From Macrostomum lignano (taxonomy: Eukaryota), in NCBI GenBank assembly GCA_002269645.1, contig NIVC01000109.1, forward strand, positions 1 to 64,000: a stretch of DNA of 64,000 nt. The letters run 5' to 3'. The position numbers were made by a program, and so were the translations under genes. Positions 1 to 8,806 of the stretch are shown here, piece by piece; position 1 is the stretch's first letter; every line of letters begins with the position of its first letter. A model generated the notes under the pieces. The model was not told the origin of the DNA, ran no database searches, and was given only the letters and a program-made list of their open reading frames with translations.

Positions 1-560
1 AAATCCTCTCCGTAGGCTAAAATGTCGTCGACATAGTGCAGCAGGTTCGTGCATCCTGCTAGCATGTATGCTGTTAGTCGACTCATCGTTGCTGGGCTGT
101 TGCTAAGTCCCATCGGCGATCGATTGTACTCGTATACTTGTCCATTGTAGGTTTTGAAAGCCGTGTACTGTCGTGACTCTTTCTCGATTTCAATTTGCCA
201 AAATCCATGACGTAGGTCGAACACCGTGAACAATTTTGCCGTGTTGAGCTTTGCTAGTAGTTCGGAGATCTTCGGTAGGCTTTGCTGATCCGTCGGTATG
301 TACTTGTTCAACAGTCTGAAGTCGCATACGAGTCGTCTTTCGTTTGTCTCCTTCTTCTGTACCAGTAGGCACGGTGAGGAGTAAGCCGAAATAGCTTTGC
401 TGATGATGCCGTGCTTTAGCATTTTATCGATGATTTCGTCAAAGTGTTGTTGCAGATGCTTGGCGATCGGGTACGGCTTGCACTGAATTGGTTCCGTGTG
501 CGGCAGAAGTTTGATTTCCTGTTTGATGTCCTTGGCTCGTCCGATGTCGTAATCATGATG
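1..560 (-). other. Reverse transcriptase domain (partial)
   Basis: PIQCKPYPI, SAYSSPCLLVQKK, RLVCDFRLLNK, TVFDLRHGFWQI, TAFKT, PMGLSNSPATM, YVDD (24-35). Confidence 0.96.
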
Positions 561-3500
561 GCAGAAGGCTTCGTTGTACTTCCACAACAGCTGTCGAACT
601 TTCCTCTTTTGCTGTTCCGTAATCGGGCTGTCATCCAAATTGATCTTCTTTTGAAATTCTTCCTCTGTTAGTCGTGGAGTCGCTTGTTCAATCAGCATAA
701 CCGATGCTTGGGTGTTGAGATGACCGATGCACATTCCTTGTCGTAGATGAACCGTTTCTGTGTTCGGGTTGAAGATTTGTACTGGCAGTTGCTTATCCTT
801 TGCAACCAGCACTAGTGCCGTAGGCATCATGATTTGATGTTTTGCCGTGACTCTCCTGTGTGGATCAAATATCATTGCTTCATCTGCCGCGCTGGTCGTT
901 TTCGCTCTGACCCAGCATGCGCTTTCAGGCTGGATAATGACATCTTGCTGCAGAGTTACTTTCGGTAGTACTCGAATCTGGTTGATCAGCGGTTGCTCCA
1001 CCGTGTCGATCCTAAACGTTTGCTTGTTGAAGTCGAAGGTCAATGGTAGTTGAAGCTGCTTGAACGTGTCGATTCCAACGATGACGTCTTGGTTTGGTAG
1101 TCTGTCGATGATGTACGTCGGGACCGTCAGCTGTTTATTAGCAATTTTCAAGTCGATATCTGCTTTTCCTAGGATGTTGAGTGAATGTCCTCCTGCTCCT
1201 GCAACTGCGATTGCTGCTGGTCGTACCGCGAGTCGTAGCTTGTTGCATAATTGTTGCGAGATGACTGTGATCGAGCTGCCTGAATCCAGTAGTGCTCGAC
1301 ATGGCAAGTTGTTGACAATGACCTGAGCCATTGCTTTGCCAATCTCGGCGTGTAGCGTACAGACGTAGTTTTCCGGCCATTTTGGCTCGTGCTGTTCTGC
1401 TTGATAGTTGGGTGGTTGTATCCTTGGTGCCGTTGGTGTTGTCGGAATCGATGGATATAGCCGCGTTGCTAGTGTCGGTTGCCCTTGAACCTCACAATGT
1501 GCAGTTTCTGTTAGTTCTAAACTGTTGTCGCTTTCCGTTGTCGTTCTTTGCATTATGGCATTCACTGTCTTCTTAGCTCTTGGACAAGTTTGACTGAAGC
1601 ACCGTACGATCGATGAAATGATGAAGATTGCCGTGACAATCCACACAATGCAAGCACCGTAGAAGATGAATCCTTGATAGAGACTGCCTCTTCCATTGAG
1701 CAGCTCCCAGAAGCTATTTGTCCAAAATGATTTGATGGCGCTGTCCATTGAAACAAGGACGGGAAATCTTCCTGTCCCGGTTCCTTTGTCCTTTCTTGTG
1801 AACAGCTGGTGAATCATCTTGCGTTGGGTGATGAACGCTTGCAAGAAGTCGTTGATCGTCCATCCTGGTGTTATCTCGTCAAGTTGGATATCGGCGAATG
1901 GCGTATACTTCGTTCTGTTGAATCGGATTTTCAAATCCTCCATGTCGTAGTTTTCGTCGACGATTACTTCCGGTTCTGTGACGTTTGCTGTCGTTCCAGT
2001 TGTTTTGATGACGTGTAGTGCATTGTCCAGTTGATAGTAGTTTACTGCCGTGGTGCAAGGTCTCGGTATTGCGGTGCCAACGATGATGTTGTGTACCGTG
2101 TCCAAGAATCCCTGAATTCGTTTTCCTTCGTAGAACGCTTCAATCCTTGGCTTATCGTAGCAGGTTGTTGACGTGTTTGACGGCAAGATGTTAAAGTGCT
2201 GTATCGGCGTGCACTTGTATATCAACAGATGCTCGTATATTGGAACTGCCAAAACGTTCGTCATTCCGGTGATTTTACGAAAAGTCATCGTAGGGTTGAC
2301 ATAGTAGTTTTGTCTGGCATAATTTAAGTTGATTGCGTGCATTTTGCAAGTTAGCTGGACCAGTGTTCGATGCAAGTGGTTTAACTGGTTGTGTAGATTG
2401 TGATCCAAAGCCGTTATCTTTGCTGACAACAGCCGGTTTGACACCAGTTTGGGACGTTCGATGTCACGTCGTCTTCTATTCTGTTTTTCTTGTTGCTGAT
2501 ACGTTCCATTGATGATTGCCAAGAAGGTTTGTTTGTCTTCATCCTTTACGTAGACTGGTATCTCTTGTTCCGAGATGAATAGTGTCTTGTCTGTATCCTT
2601 GCATTTCAGTTTTTGCTCGACTGGTTTCTTTTGAAACGTCAGTGCCAAGTCTCCTGACTTTGCCAAAAACGTATTTGACAGTAGTCCTCCTTCAACTGTG
2701 TGATACTTTTGAAGCTTGCAGTCAATTTCCGGCTCAACTTCCCACGCGAAGAAGTATTGTCGTGATTTGTACGGTTCCTCATAGTGTGATTGTGCTCTGT
2801 GCTCAATCTGCCATCGATAGTCTTGATGATATGTTGGACTCAGTGGTAGACTGTGTAGTTCTTCCTTCCGTAGAATCGGCGTTGGACACCATCCTTCACT
2901 GTATCGACATTCGCTTAGTTGCAGCTGTAACGATTCCATTTTCTCGTACGGATTGTAGTAGAATGGAATATTTCTGATCAAGTAGCTGTTGCGTGCCATA
3001 TATTCTTTCCATTTTCCGAAGAAGTGAATATATCGACCGTTGGCTGAATTCTTTGTTCTGAACAGCTGTGCGTTGCCGACCTTCTCATCTGGTTCCAGTT
3101 CACCATCCTTTGAAAATAGTGTTTGATTCCATTGTAGGCATTCCGCGTGCGACACATGTAGCTCATGTTGTTTAAATCGGATCCGGTTCCATTGTCCGCG
3201 CCAAACTTTTTCCACCAGGTGCTTGTCTCTGAAGCATACTATCCCGTGTTGTCGATGCTTCTTGATGTTAGCCTTGTAGAGATCGAGTGTAATCTTCTTT
3301 GGTTTTGTCTGGTTTGTCTTGAAGTAACTGCATTTGATGTCGGTTGGTATCTTGTAGATCATCGGTTGGATATGCGCATCCGTTGGACAAATCATTGGCT
3401 TTTCCGTTGCCGTTGCTTTGGCGACTACTGCTATCAGTAGTATCACGATGATCCAGAATAGCCAGTTTTTCCACTTCTTGGATTTTGCCGTTGTCCTTGC

Positions 3501-5318
3501 TGGCATTGGCTGCGATCGCCATTCGTTATCTTCCATGTCCGCATCATATTCTTTCGGTTGTTCCATTGGCTGATCCAGGCGGAAGGCTTCTGATTCGCTT
3601 TGCTTTTTGGTTATTTCATTATCTTCGTCTGCGGCTTCTTCCGATGTTTCCGTTGTTTCACTCCATTGCGTTTGGTATCTTTTCTCTGTCTTGTAGTCGA
3701 CCGTTTGAATATAGGCTTCACCATTTCGTTTGTATCGGATCTCGTAGCATTCGTCGCTGTCGGAACTCGGCTTTTCTTTCACCTGTTCTTTTTCCATTTC
3801 TTCATCTTTCCATTGTATTTCGTAGCCTTGATCGCTGTCGGAACTTAGATTCTCCGCTCTCGGTTCTTCCTGCATTCCTCTTTCGGCTTGGTAGTCGTTC
3901 GTGTCATCACGCACCTCGCAGTCGTGGTCGTTGCCGTAACTTCTACATTCTTCTTCTTCTTTCATTTCTTTGTCTTTCATGCTCGTTTTGTCGTCATCCA
4001 CTGTTGTCGATTCATAGTTGTTTTCTTCGCCGGTTTTCATCTTTTCTTCGTTGCCGATGTCGCTCTCCGCCTCCTCCCTTGTCTTGTGATTTACTTTCTT
4101 CCTGTTTTCTCTGCTGTCTCCGGTGGTCTCTTTTAATTTGATCATTTCGGTTTCATTCGTCTCTTCTGTGTTGTCAGTGTTGTCCTCGTGCGTCGTCTTC
4201 TTTTCGATCAAGCTGATGTCAAGTTCCGGGACTGTGAAGTCCATTTCCAAGTCGTCAATTGTGAACACTTGCTGTTCTTGCTGTTCATTTTCCGGTGTGT
4301 ACGTGATGGCATTCGCGTATCGTGGCATTGCTTGCGTCGGCTGTCTTTGTGTGTATCTGACGTTGCGTGGCCTGTAGCCATTACTTCTGAAGCGGCCTTC
4401 GTTTCCGAAGCGGCCATCATTTCCGGAGCGGTCATTATTTCCGAAGCGTCTATCATTTCCGAAGCGTCTCATTCCTTGTTGTTGGCGATTTTGATAGTGC
4501 TGCCATGGTTTCTGCGGCTTCTGATTGTTGAATATCTGTCGCGGCTTGTCGTATCTTGTTGACCAATGAGGACAATTAATCTGATAATGTCCTTCTTGTC
4601 CGCAGTAGTAACATCTGGCTGAGGCTTGTTCATTTCGTCTTTTTTGTTCGGCGATAGCAGCTGTCTGGTGCTGCATTAACTTGTTTAGTTGCTGCGTCAG
4701 TTTCTGCACTTCATTGTTGCCTGTCGTCATTAATGGGGCACTGGCTTCCCATTGCATTCCGCAACGCAAAAGGTCTTCTTCGGTTTCGATATTTTCACGC
4801 AAAAGTCTATCCCGAAGTGACGGCTGTGCGTTGTTTATTACGTGCAGGATGAGGTTTTGTTCACGATCCATCAATCGTTGTCTTTCTCTGGCGGCCAATT
4901 CTGCCGCTCCCAGTGGTGGTTGGTCCGCAGCTTGCAGCGGTGGCTGATGCAGTGCCTTAATTATCTGGCGGATATCGTCCACAAAGGCGAGGAAGGATTC
5001 TGTTGCTTGCATCCTTCTGTTATGCAACTTGTGCAGCAGCACTGATCTGTTTGTGCCGCAACGGTTGAAATGCGCGCGCAGTTGAATGATTAGTGCTGGA
5101 TAATTTTGCTGTGTTGCCGCATCCAGCTTGCCGTAAATTTCTCGCGCAGTACCTTGGAGAAGAGGTGGCAGCAGCTGTGCCTTCTCTGGATTTTGTAGGT
5201 TGTATTCCCTACATACCAGGTCAAAATGGTCGACAAATGTGTTAAAATCTTTCTCCATCGAGAAAGTACCGACCGTTTCTTTGATGTCTCTGTGTACCGT
5301 TGGATTGCGCCGCGCCAT
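1..5318 (-). CDS. Gag-Env-Pro-RT polyprotein, 3'-partial, at least 1772 aa
   Basis: Manual translation found no stop between the in-frame TGA at 5343-5345 and position 1. First ATG at 5318 (MARRNPTVHRDIKETVGTFSMEKDFNTFVDHFDLVCREYNL...). Not listed in the ORF track. Confidence 0.93.
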   Translation of the reverse strand, partial: MARRNPTVHRDIKETVGTFSMEKDFNTFVDHFDLVCREYNLQNPEKAQLLPPLLQGTAREIYGKLDAATQQNYPALIIQLRAHFNRCGTNRSVLLHKLHNRRMQATESFLAFVDDIRQIIKALHQPPLQAADQPPLGAAELAARERQRLMDREQNLILHVINNAQPSLRDRLLRENIETEEDLLRCGMQWEASAPLMTTGNNEVQKLTQQLNKLMQHQTAAIAEQKRRNEQASARCYYCGQEGHYQINCPHWSTRYDKPRQIFNNQKPQKPWQHYQNRQQQGMRRFGNDRRFGNNDRSGNDGRFGNEGRFRSNGYRPRNVRYTQRQPTQAMPRYANAITYTPENEQQEQQVFTIDDLEMDFTVPELDISLIEKKTTHEDNTDNTEETNETEMIKLKETTGDSRENRKKVNHKTREEAESDIGNEEKMKTGEENNYESTTVDDDKTSMKDKEMKEEEECRSYGNDHDCEVRDDTNDYQAERGMQEEPRAENLSSDSDQGYEIQWKDEEMEKEQVKEKPSSDSDECYEIRYKRNGEAYIQTVDYKTEKRYQTQWSETTETSEEAADEDNEITKKQSESEAFRLDQPMEQPKEYDADMEDNEWRSQPMPARTTAKSKKWKNWLFWIIVILLIAVVAKATATEKPMICPTDAHIQPMIYKIPTDIKCSYFKTNQTKPKKITLDLYKANIKKHRQHGIVCFRDKHLVEKVWRGQWNRIRFKQHELHVSHAECLQWNQTLFSKDGELEPDEKVGNAQLFRTKNSANGRYIHFFGKWKEYMARNSYLIRNIPFYYNPYEKMESLQLQLSECRYSEGWCPTPILRKEELHSLPLSPTYHQDYRWQIEHRAQSHYEEPYKSRQYFFAWEVEPEIDCKLQKYHTVEGGLLSNTFLAKSGDLALTFQKKPVEQKLKCKDTDKTLFISEQEIPVYVKDEDKQTFLAIINGTYQQQEKQNRRRRDIERPKLVSNRLLSAKITALDHNLHNQLNHLHRTLVQLTCKMHAINLNYARQNYYVNPTMTFRKITGMTNVLAVPIYEHLLIYKCTPIQHFNILPSNTSTTCYDKPRIEAFYEGKRIQGFLDTVHNIIVGTAIPRPCTTAVNYYQLDNALHVIKTTGTTANVTEPEVIVDENYDMEDLKIRFNRTKYTPFADIQLDEITPGWTINDFLQAFITQRKMIHQLFTRKDKGTGTGRFPVLVSMDSAIKSFWTNSFWELLNGRGSLYQGFIFYGACIVWIVTAIFIISSIVRCFSQTCPRAKKTVNAIMQRTTTESDNSLELTETAHCEVQGQPTLATRLYPSIPTTPTAPRIQPPNYQAEQHEPKWPENYVCTLHAEIGKAMAQVIVNNLPCRALLDSGSSITVISQQLCNKLRLAVRPAAIAVAGAGGHSLNILGKADIDLKIANKQLTVPTYIIDRLPNQDVIVGIDTFKQLQLPLTFDFNKQTFRIDTVEQPLINQIRVLPKVTLQQDVIIQPESACWVRAKTTSAADEAMIFDPHRRVTAKHQIMMPTALVLVAKDKQLPVQIFNPNTETVHLRQGMCIGHLNTQASVMLIEQATPRLTEEEFQKKINLDDSPITEQQKRKVRQLLWKYNEAFCHHDYDIGRAKDIKQEIKLLPHTEPIQCKPYPIAKHLQQHFDEIIDKMLKHGIISKAISAYSSPCLLVQKKETNERRLVCDFRLLNKYIPTDQQSLPKISELLAKLNTAKLFTVFDLRHGFWQIEIEKESRQYTAFKTYNGQVYEYNRSPMGLSNSPATMSRLTAYMLAGCTNLLHYVDDILAYGED
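1020..1340 (-). other. Retropepsin-type aspartic protease domain
   Basis: AQVIVNNLPCRALLDSGSSITVIS (DSG at 1278-1286), GAGGHSLNILG flap-like segment, and DVIVGIDTF. Confidence 0.9.
1570..3479 (-). other. Env domain: signal peptide, gB-like class III fusion ectodomain, transmembrane helix
   Basis: Signal KKWKNWLFWIIVILLIAVVAKA (about 3414-3479); 12 ectodomain Cys; 6 N-x-S/T sequons; RRRR at 2466-2477; CYDKP at 2148-2162; TM FIFYGACIVWIVTAIFIISSIV at 1605-1670. Confidence 0.85.
4330..5318 (-). other. Gag domain (capsid-like region, CCHC zinc knuckle, R/G/N-rich tail)
   Basis: CYYCGQEGHYQINC at 4572-4613 fits CX2CX4HX4C; followed by RRFGNDRRFGNNDRSGNDGRFGNEGRF repeats. Confidence 0.88.
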
Positions 5319-6010
5319 TTGTTGATAGGGTAGAACGGTAGTTCAAGATCTGGATCGATTTGTAACGGATCGTCCAGTGTGGTGTTTGCCTCGGAATAAA
5401 CCTCGACTGTAACGAATTGCCTTGTGGTGTCGATTTGTTATTCGCTGGCCTCGGATGCGGTGTGGCTTGCTGCCACTGGTTGTCCTCAAATGAACTTGTT
5501 CTGTTCGCTTGCTGATTTCGCACTTATGCGGCGTCCCGCAAAGTGTATCTTCAAGTTGAAGTGGACTTGTCTTCTTGCTTTGCAAAGTCTTTCTTCTCTT
5601 CTTTGACTCTCTCTCTTTTGTCAATTAACTCTGCTCTCCACGAAGTTTCAATTAATTTCGGTTTTGTTTTAGTTTTTGTGCCGGCAAAATGTTTCAGTTA
5701 TTTTTTGTTTGTTTGCGTCGACGATTCTTTTTATTTTTGGTTTGTTTTCAGTGTACCGACGAAGTTAATTTCGGTTTTGTTTTAAACTCACACTTGCTCG
5801 AGCTCGTCAAAACAAAATTTTAACACGCGTGCTCAAACTGTACTCAAATTTGACAGGTGCTCAAACCTGTACACCAAATTTTACTCGAGTTTCAAAACGT
5901 AACGGACTTAAAAAGTGTTAACTCTAACACGTGCGCGCAAAATTAATGAAGTCGCTCTGTCGTCACTTTACAATAGCTTGGCCAGGCTATTGCTCAAGGT
6001 TTGAGTAGTG

Positions 6011-6030
6011 CCGAGAGGGCGAGATCACCA
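6011..6030 (-). promoter_or_regulatory. Putative primer-binding site TGGTGATCTCGCCCTCTCGG
   Basis: Canonical LTR-CA + 2 nt + TGG arrangement. Cognate tRNA not identified. Confidence 0.65.
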
Positions 6031-6032
6031 AT

Positions 6033-6957
6033 TGATGTGTTCCTTATTACCCGACTTTCGATAATCAAGGAACAATCACTTCTAGCTCAACAGCTAGGCA
6101 ACCCAGTAAGTCAAACGAAGGTATTCAATTACCTTTAATCCGGATTTGAATTTCTTGAGTAGTTCTCGCTAGGAACTTGTCAGTAGATCTCGTAGATCAG
6201 GCGCCTTGATTCTTCAGTTGCTCTGGTCCTGGTTCCTCTTGTACTTCCGATAAGTTCTTCCGGCCGGTATCTTCCGTCAGGACCAATCAGAGGCCTCGTA
6301 GCAACAATGGGTACCCTGCGCCAAACTGCGGTCTAAATTAAGCCTCCTTCTTCTAGCAGTGCCTCTATGCACTCTAGGTATAGCTCCGGAAACCACTGAT
6401 AGTCCTCTAAGATCTATCAGGGGCAGTCCTTCTGGAGACTGCAACCAATGGAGTCTAAACAGACTCAAGAGTCTCAACAGACTCAATTAGACTCAAGTCT
6501 CAATAGACTTGAGCGAGACGTCTCTAACACAACGGGCGCAAATAAGGAAGGCTTACCGCAACAACTCGACCGAGTCTCGATTGACTTGGTAGATCAGGAA
6601 GTCCTCCTAAGGCTTCCTCTTCGGAGCGCTCCTCTTCCGTGGGGAGAATGGCTCCGGTACCGCTTCAGATCGCTTGTATTTATAGACAAGTTTTTGATCC
6701 AAAATAGTATCATGACAATTCACGTGTTGCGCTAAAAGGGGAAAATGGCTCATGGCGTATTATTCTGGTAACATCTTTTTCTGGTAGCGTGATTCATTCA
6801 AAGCTTAGGCGCACATGCGTGTACTTACTTACTTATAGTAGTATTATACGATTATCTTCTTTTTTCCTTTTTTAACGGGAGGTAGAACACTCTACAGTTG
6901 TACGTAATCCTTCATATTCTTGTAACAATAACAACGATAATCAACGATATTACATCA
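6033..6957 (-). repeat. 5' LTR (925 bp) of the env-bearing Gypsy element
   Basis: 6-bp terminal inverted repeat TGATGT/ACATCA; ends 2 nt before the TGG of the PBS; internal TATAAATA. The partner LTR is outside the window, so the boundaries are not confirmed by pairing. Confidence 0.75.
6677..6684 (-). promoter_or_regulatory. Putative LTR TATA box (TATAAATA)
   Basis: Motif lies inside the LTR in the element's sense orientation. Confidence 0.5.
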
Positions 6958-7679
6958 GGAGAAACCGAACACAGTTCCGTGCGAGCGCAGGACGAGTTGA
7001 TTTTTGCTTTTAATTTTCTTTTTCAATTTCCAATCGGGAAAAAGTTGAACAACGGGGGGGGGGGAACGCAGCGGAGAAATACAAGAACTCAGAGACCAGA
7101 AGAGAACAGGGGTTGAAAATAAACCCTCGAAGACGCCACGCACAGATGATGGCGAGTAAAGTCCTGTTATGAATCTTGCAACCACCGAGCGCACACTGCT
7201 TCAAAATAACAAGATTTCCGCAGTCTAAATAGTAATTAATAGCTAGGGTTGCTACTCGCGTATAAGTAGTGTGTTTATTACTATGTAATTATTAAATATG
7301 GGGACAAAGGGCTGAGAAAGATTGCTGGTAAAATTTCAAAATATTAGTTTTATAACTTCATTAAGAGAAACGAAGATAAATTATGTACAAATTACTTAAT
7401 TTATAATTGATAAATCATTCTAGTTAACCGCTAGAACAGGTGCCGGGCGTCTTAAAAATATAGGTGCATTTTTTTATTATTATTTTGCATATTACGGGCT
7501 GAATAGGGTCAGAGGTCAAGCTAAAAATACAGCATGTTGCTGGGTTTACCGGGTACGGCTGAAAGGACACCAAAGTATGACGCAAGTGAAACTGCTGCTC
7601 ATTGGGAAGCTGTGCATAAAAATACAAATGAGGGGCTGTTCAGAAAGTAAGGATGATGATTAAATAAGTTGACGTACGA

Positions 7680-7840
7680 GTAGATGACAGATATGACAGA
7701 AATGGGAGGGATTGGGAATGATAGAGATGGAGGGATAGGGATATGATAAAGATGGGAGAGACATGATAGGCATGGGAGGGATATGACAGATATGGAGAGA
7801 TGATATAGATAGGAGATATGATATGGGAGATACGATGGAT
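7680..7840. repeat. Purine-rich degenerate simple repeat (GGGAGGGATA/GATATGA-like)
   Basis: Visible low-complexity reiteration. Confidence 0.6.
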
Positions 7841-8439
7841 GAGTCACGAAGGGCCGGCCGGAGCACAAGACGCATAAAAGCAATAACAAAGCAGTAATGC
7901 CGGGCGAGCCAATGGCCATAGACAGTGAGGTCGCTGATGAAGCGCGAAGGATTCTGTGCAAAAGAAAAGAAACACGCAACGGAACTGCATACTGGGGAAC
8001 AAAAGTAACCAAAGCATTTTAATGTGTTTTAAATTATTGACGAAGTAACGCGAAAAAAACAAAGCAGAAATTAATGTTAATAACAATTACCTAAACCACA
8101 GTATATATCATAGTATAATAATTAGCAGAAATATTATTATAGAGACAGGCGTGCTGAGAACAAAGAAATGAACGAATGGAAGAGATTTACACAACATAGC
8201 GACACAGACAGACGGAAAAGGAAAAAAGTCGGCCAGACTGCAAAAAATTATGGGATGGGGAAAACACGGCCAGTCTTAAACATCAAACCTAAAAATCGTG
8301 CAACTCTTCAGAAAATAACACCGCACCGCCAACAGCAAGTAGACTGACTGGTTTAAACCAATTTGACGCCATTTTTTAATAGCCACATAGAAACGGCATG
8401 GCAACCATAGGCCCTAGAGACGACATCAATGCTGCATTA

Positions 8440-8720
8440 CAACGGTGTAGCAACTACACGGATAGGATACCACGTAGTAACAGCATAGCAACCACCCCGC
8501 TACAGTATAGCAACTATACTGATGTCGCATAGCAACAGCACAACAACAACACCGATAGCCCATAGCAACTATTCAGATGTGGCATAGCAACAGCGTAGCG
8601 ACTAACCGGATAACGCATAGCAACTGCATAGCAACTACCCCAATACCACATAGCAACGAACGGCGTAGCAACCACACGAATACCGCATAGCAACCACTTG
8701 TAAATAGCAGTAAAACCCAT
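8440..8720. repeat. Degenerate tandem repeat built on ATAGCAAC, downstream of the PDCD4 stop
   Basis: Many TAGCAAC cores at irregular spacing. Confidence 0.65.
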
Positions 8721-8806
8721 CGCACAAACACACTACTGAGCCAGATGCCAAGCCGCCCCAATGCAACTACCTCGAGTCGGTCGTCAATCAATAAATCAAT
8801 CCCATC

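Larger units (their letters stand above)
1..6957 (-). mobile_element. Ty3/Gypsy LTR retrotransposon carrying an env gene (5' LTR through RT; RNase H, integrase and 3' LTR expected beyond the left edge)
   Basis: LTR 6033-6957 with TGATGT...ACATCA ends, followed on the minus strand by AT-TGG (PBS start). One long ORF with CCHC knuckle, protease LLDSGS, and Gypsy-type RT motifs RLVCDFRLLNK, DLRHGFWQI, PMGLSNSPATM, YVDD. Confidence 0.95.

Noticed and set aside
1570-3479. Env region as a nested insertion or captured host membrane gene
   Set aside because: In frame at both ends, intronless, no visible TSD or LTR borders, and has viral-type furin, fusion-loop and late-domain features. A family-level comparison is still needed to close this fully.
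3485-4562. Hydrophobic plus-strand ORFs (3485-4141, 3600-3848, 3888-4136, 4123-4377, 4188-4562)
   Set aside because: Antisense shadows of the E/K/D-rich spacer of the minus-strand polyprotein; no independent motifs.
5242-5624. Minus-strand ORFs 5343-5624 and 5242-5523 as a possible N-terminal gag extension
   Set aside because: The in-frame ORF ends at TGA 5343-5345 and none has recognisable Gag features. Treated as leader, although readthrough or a sequence error cannot be excluded.
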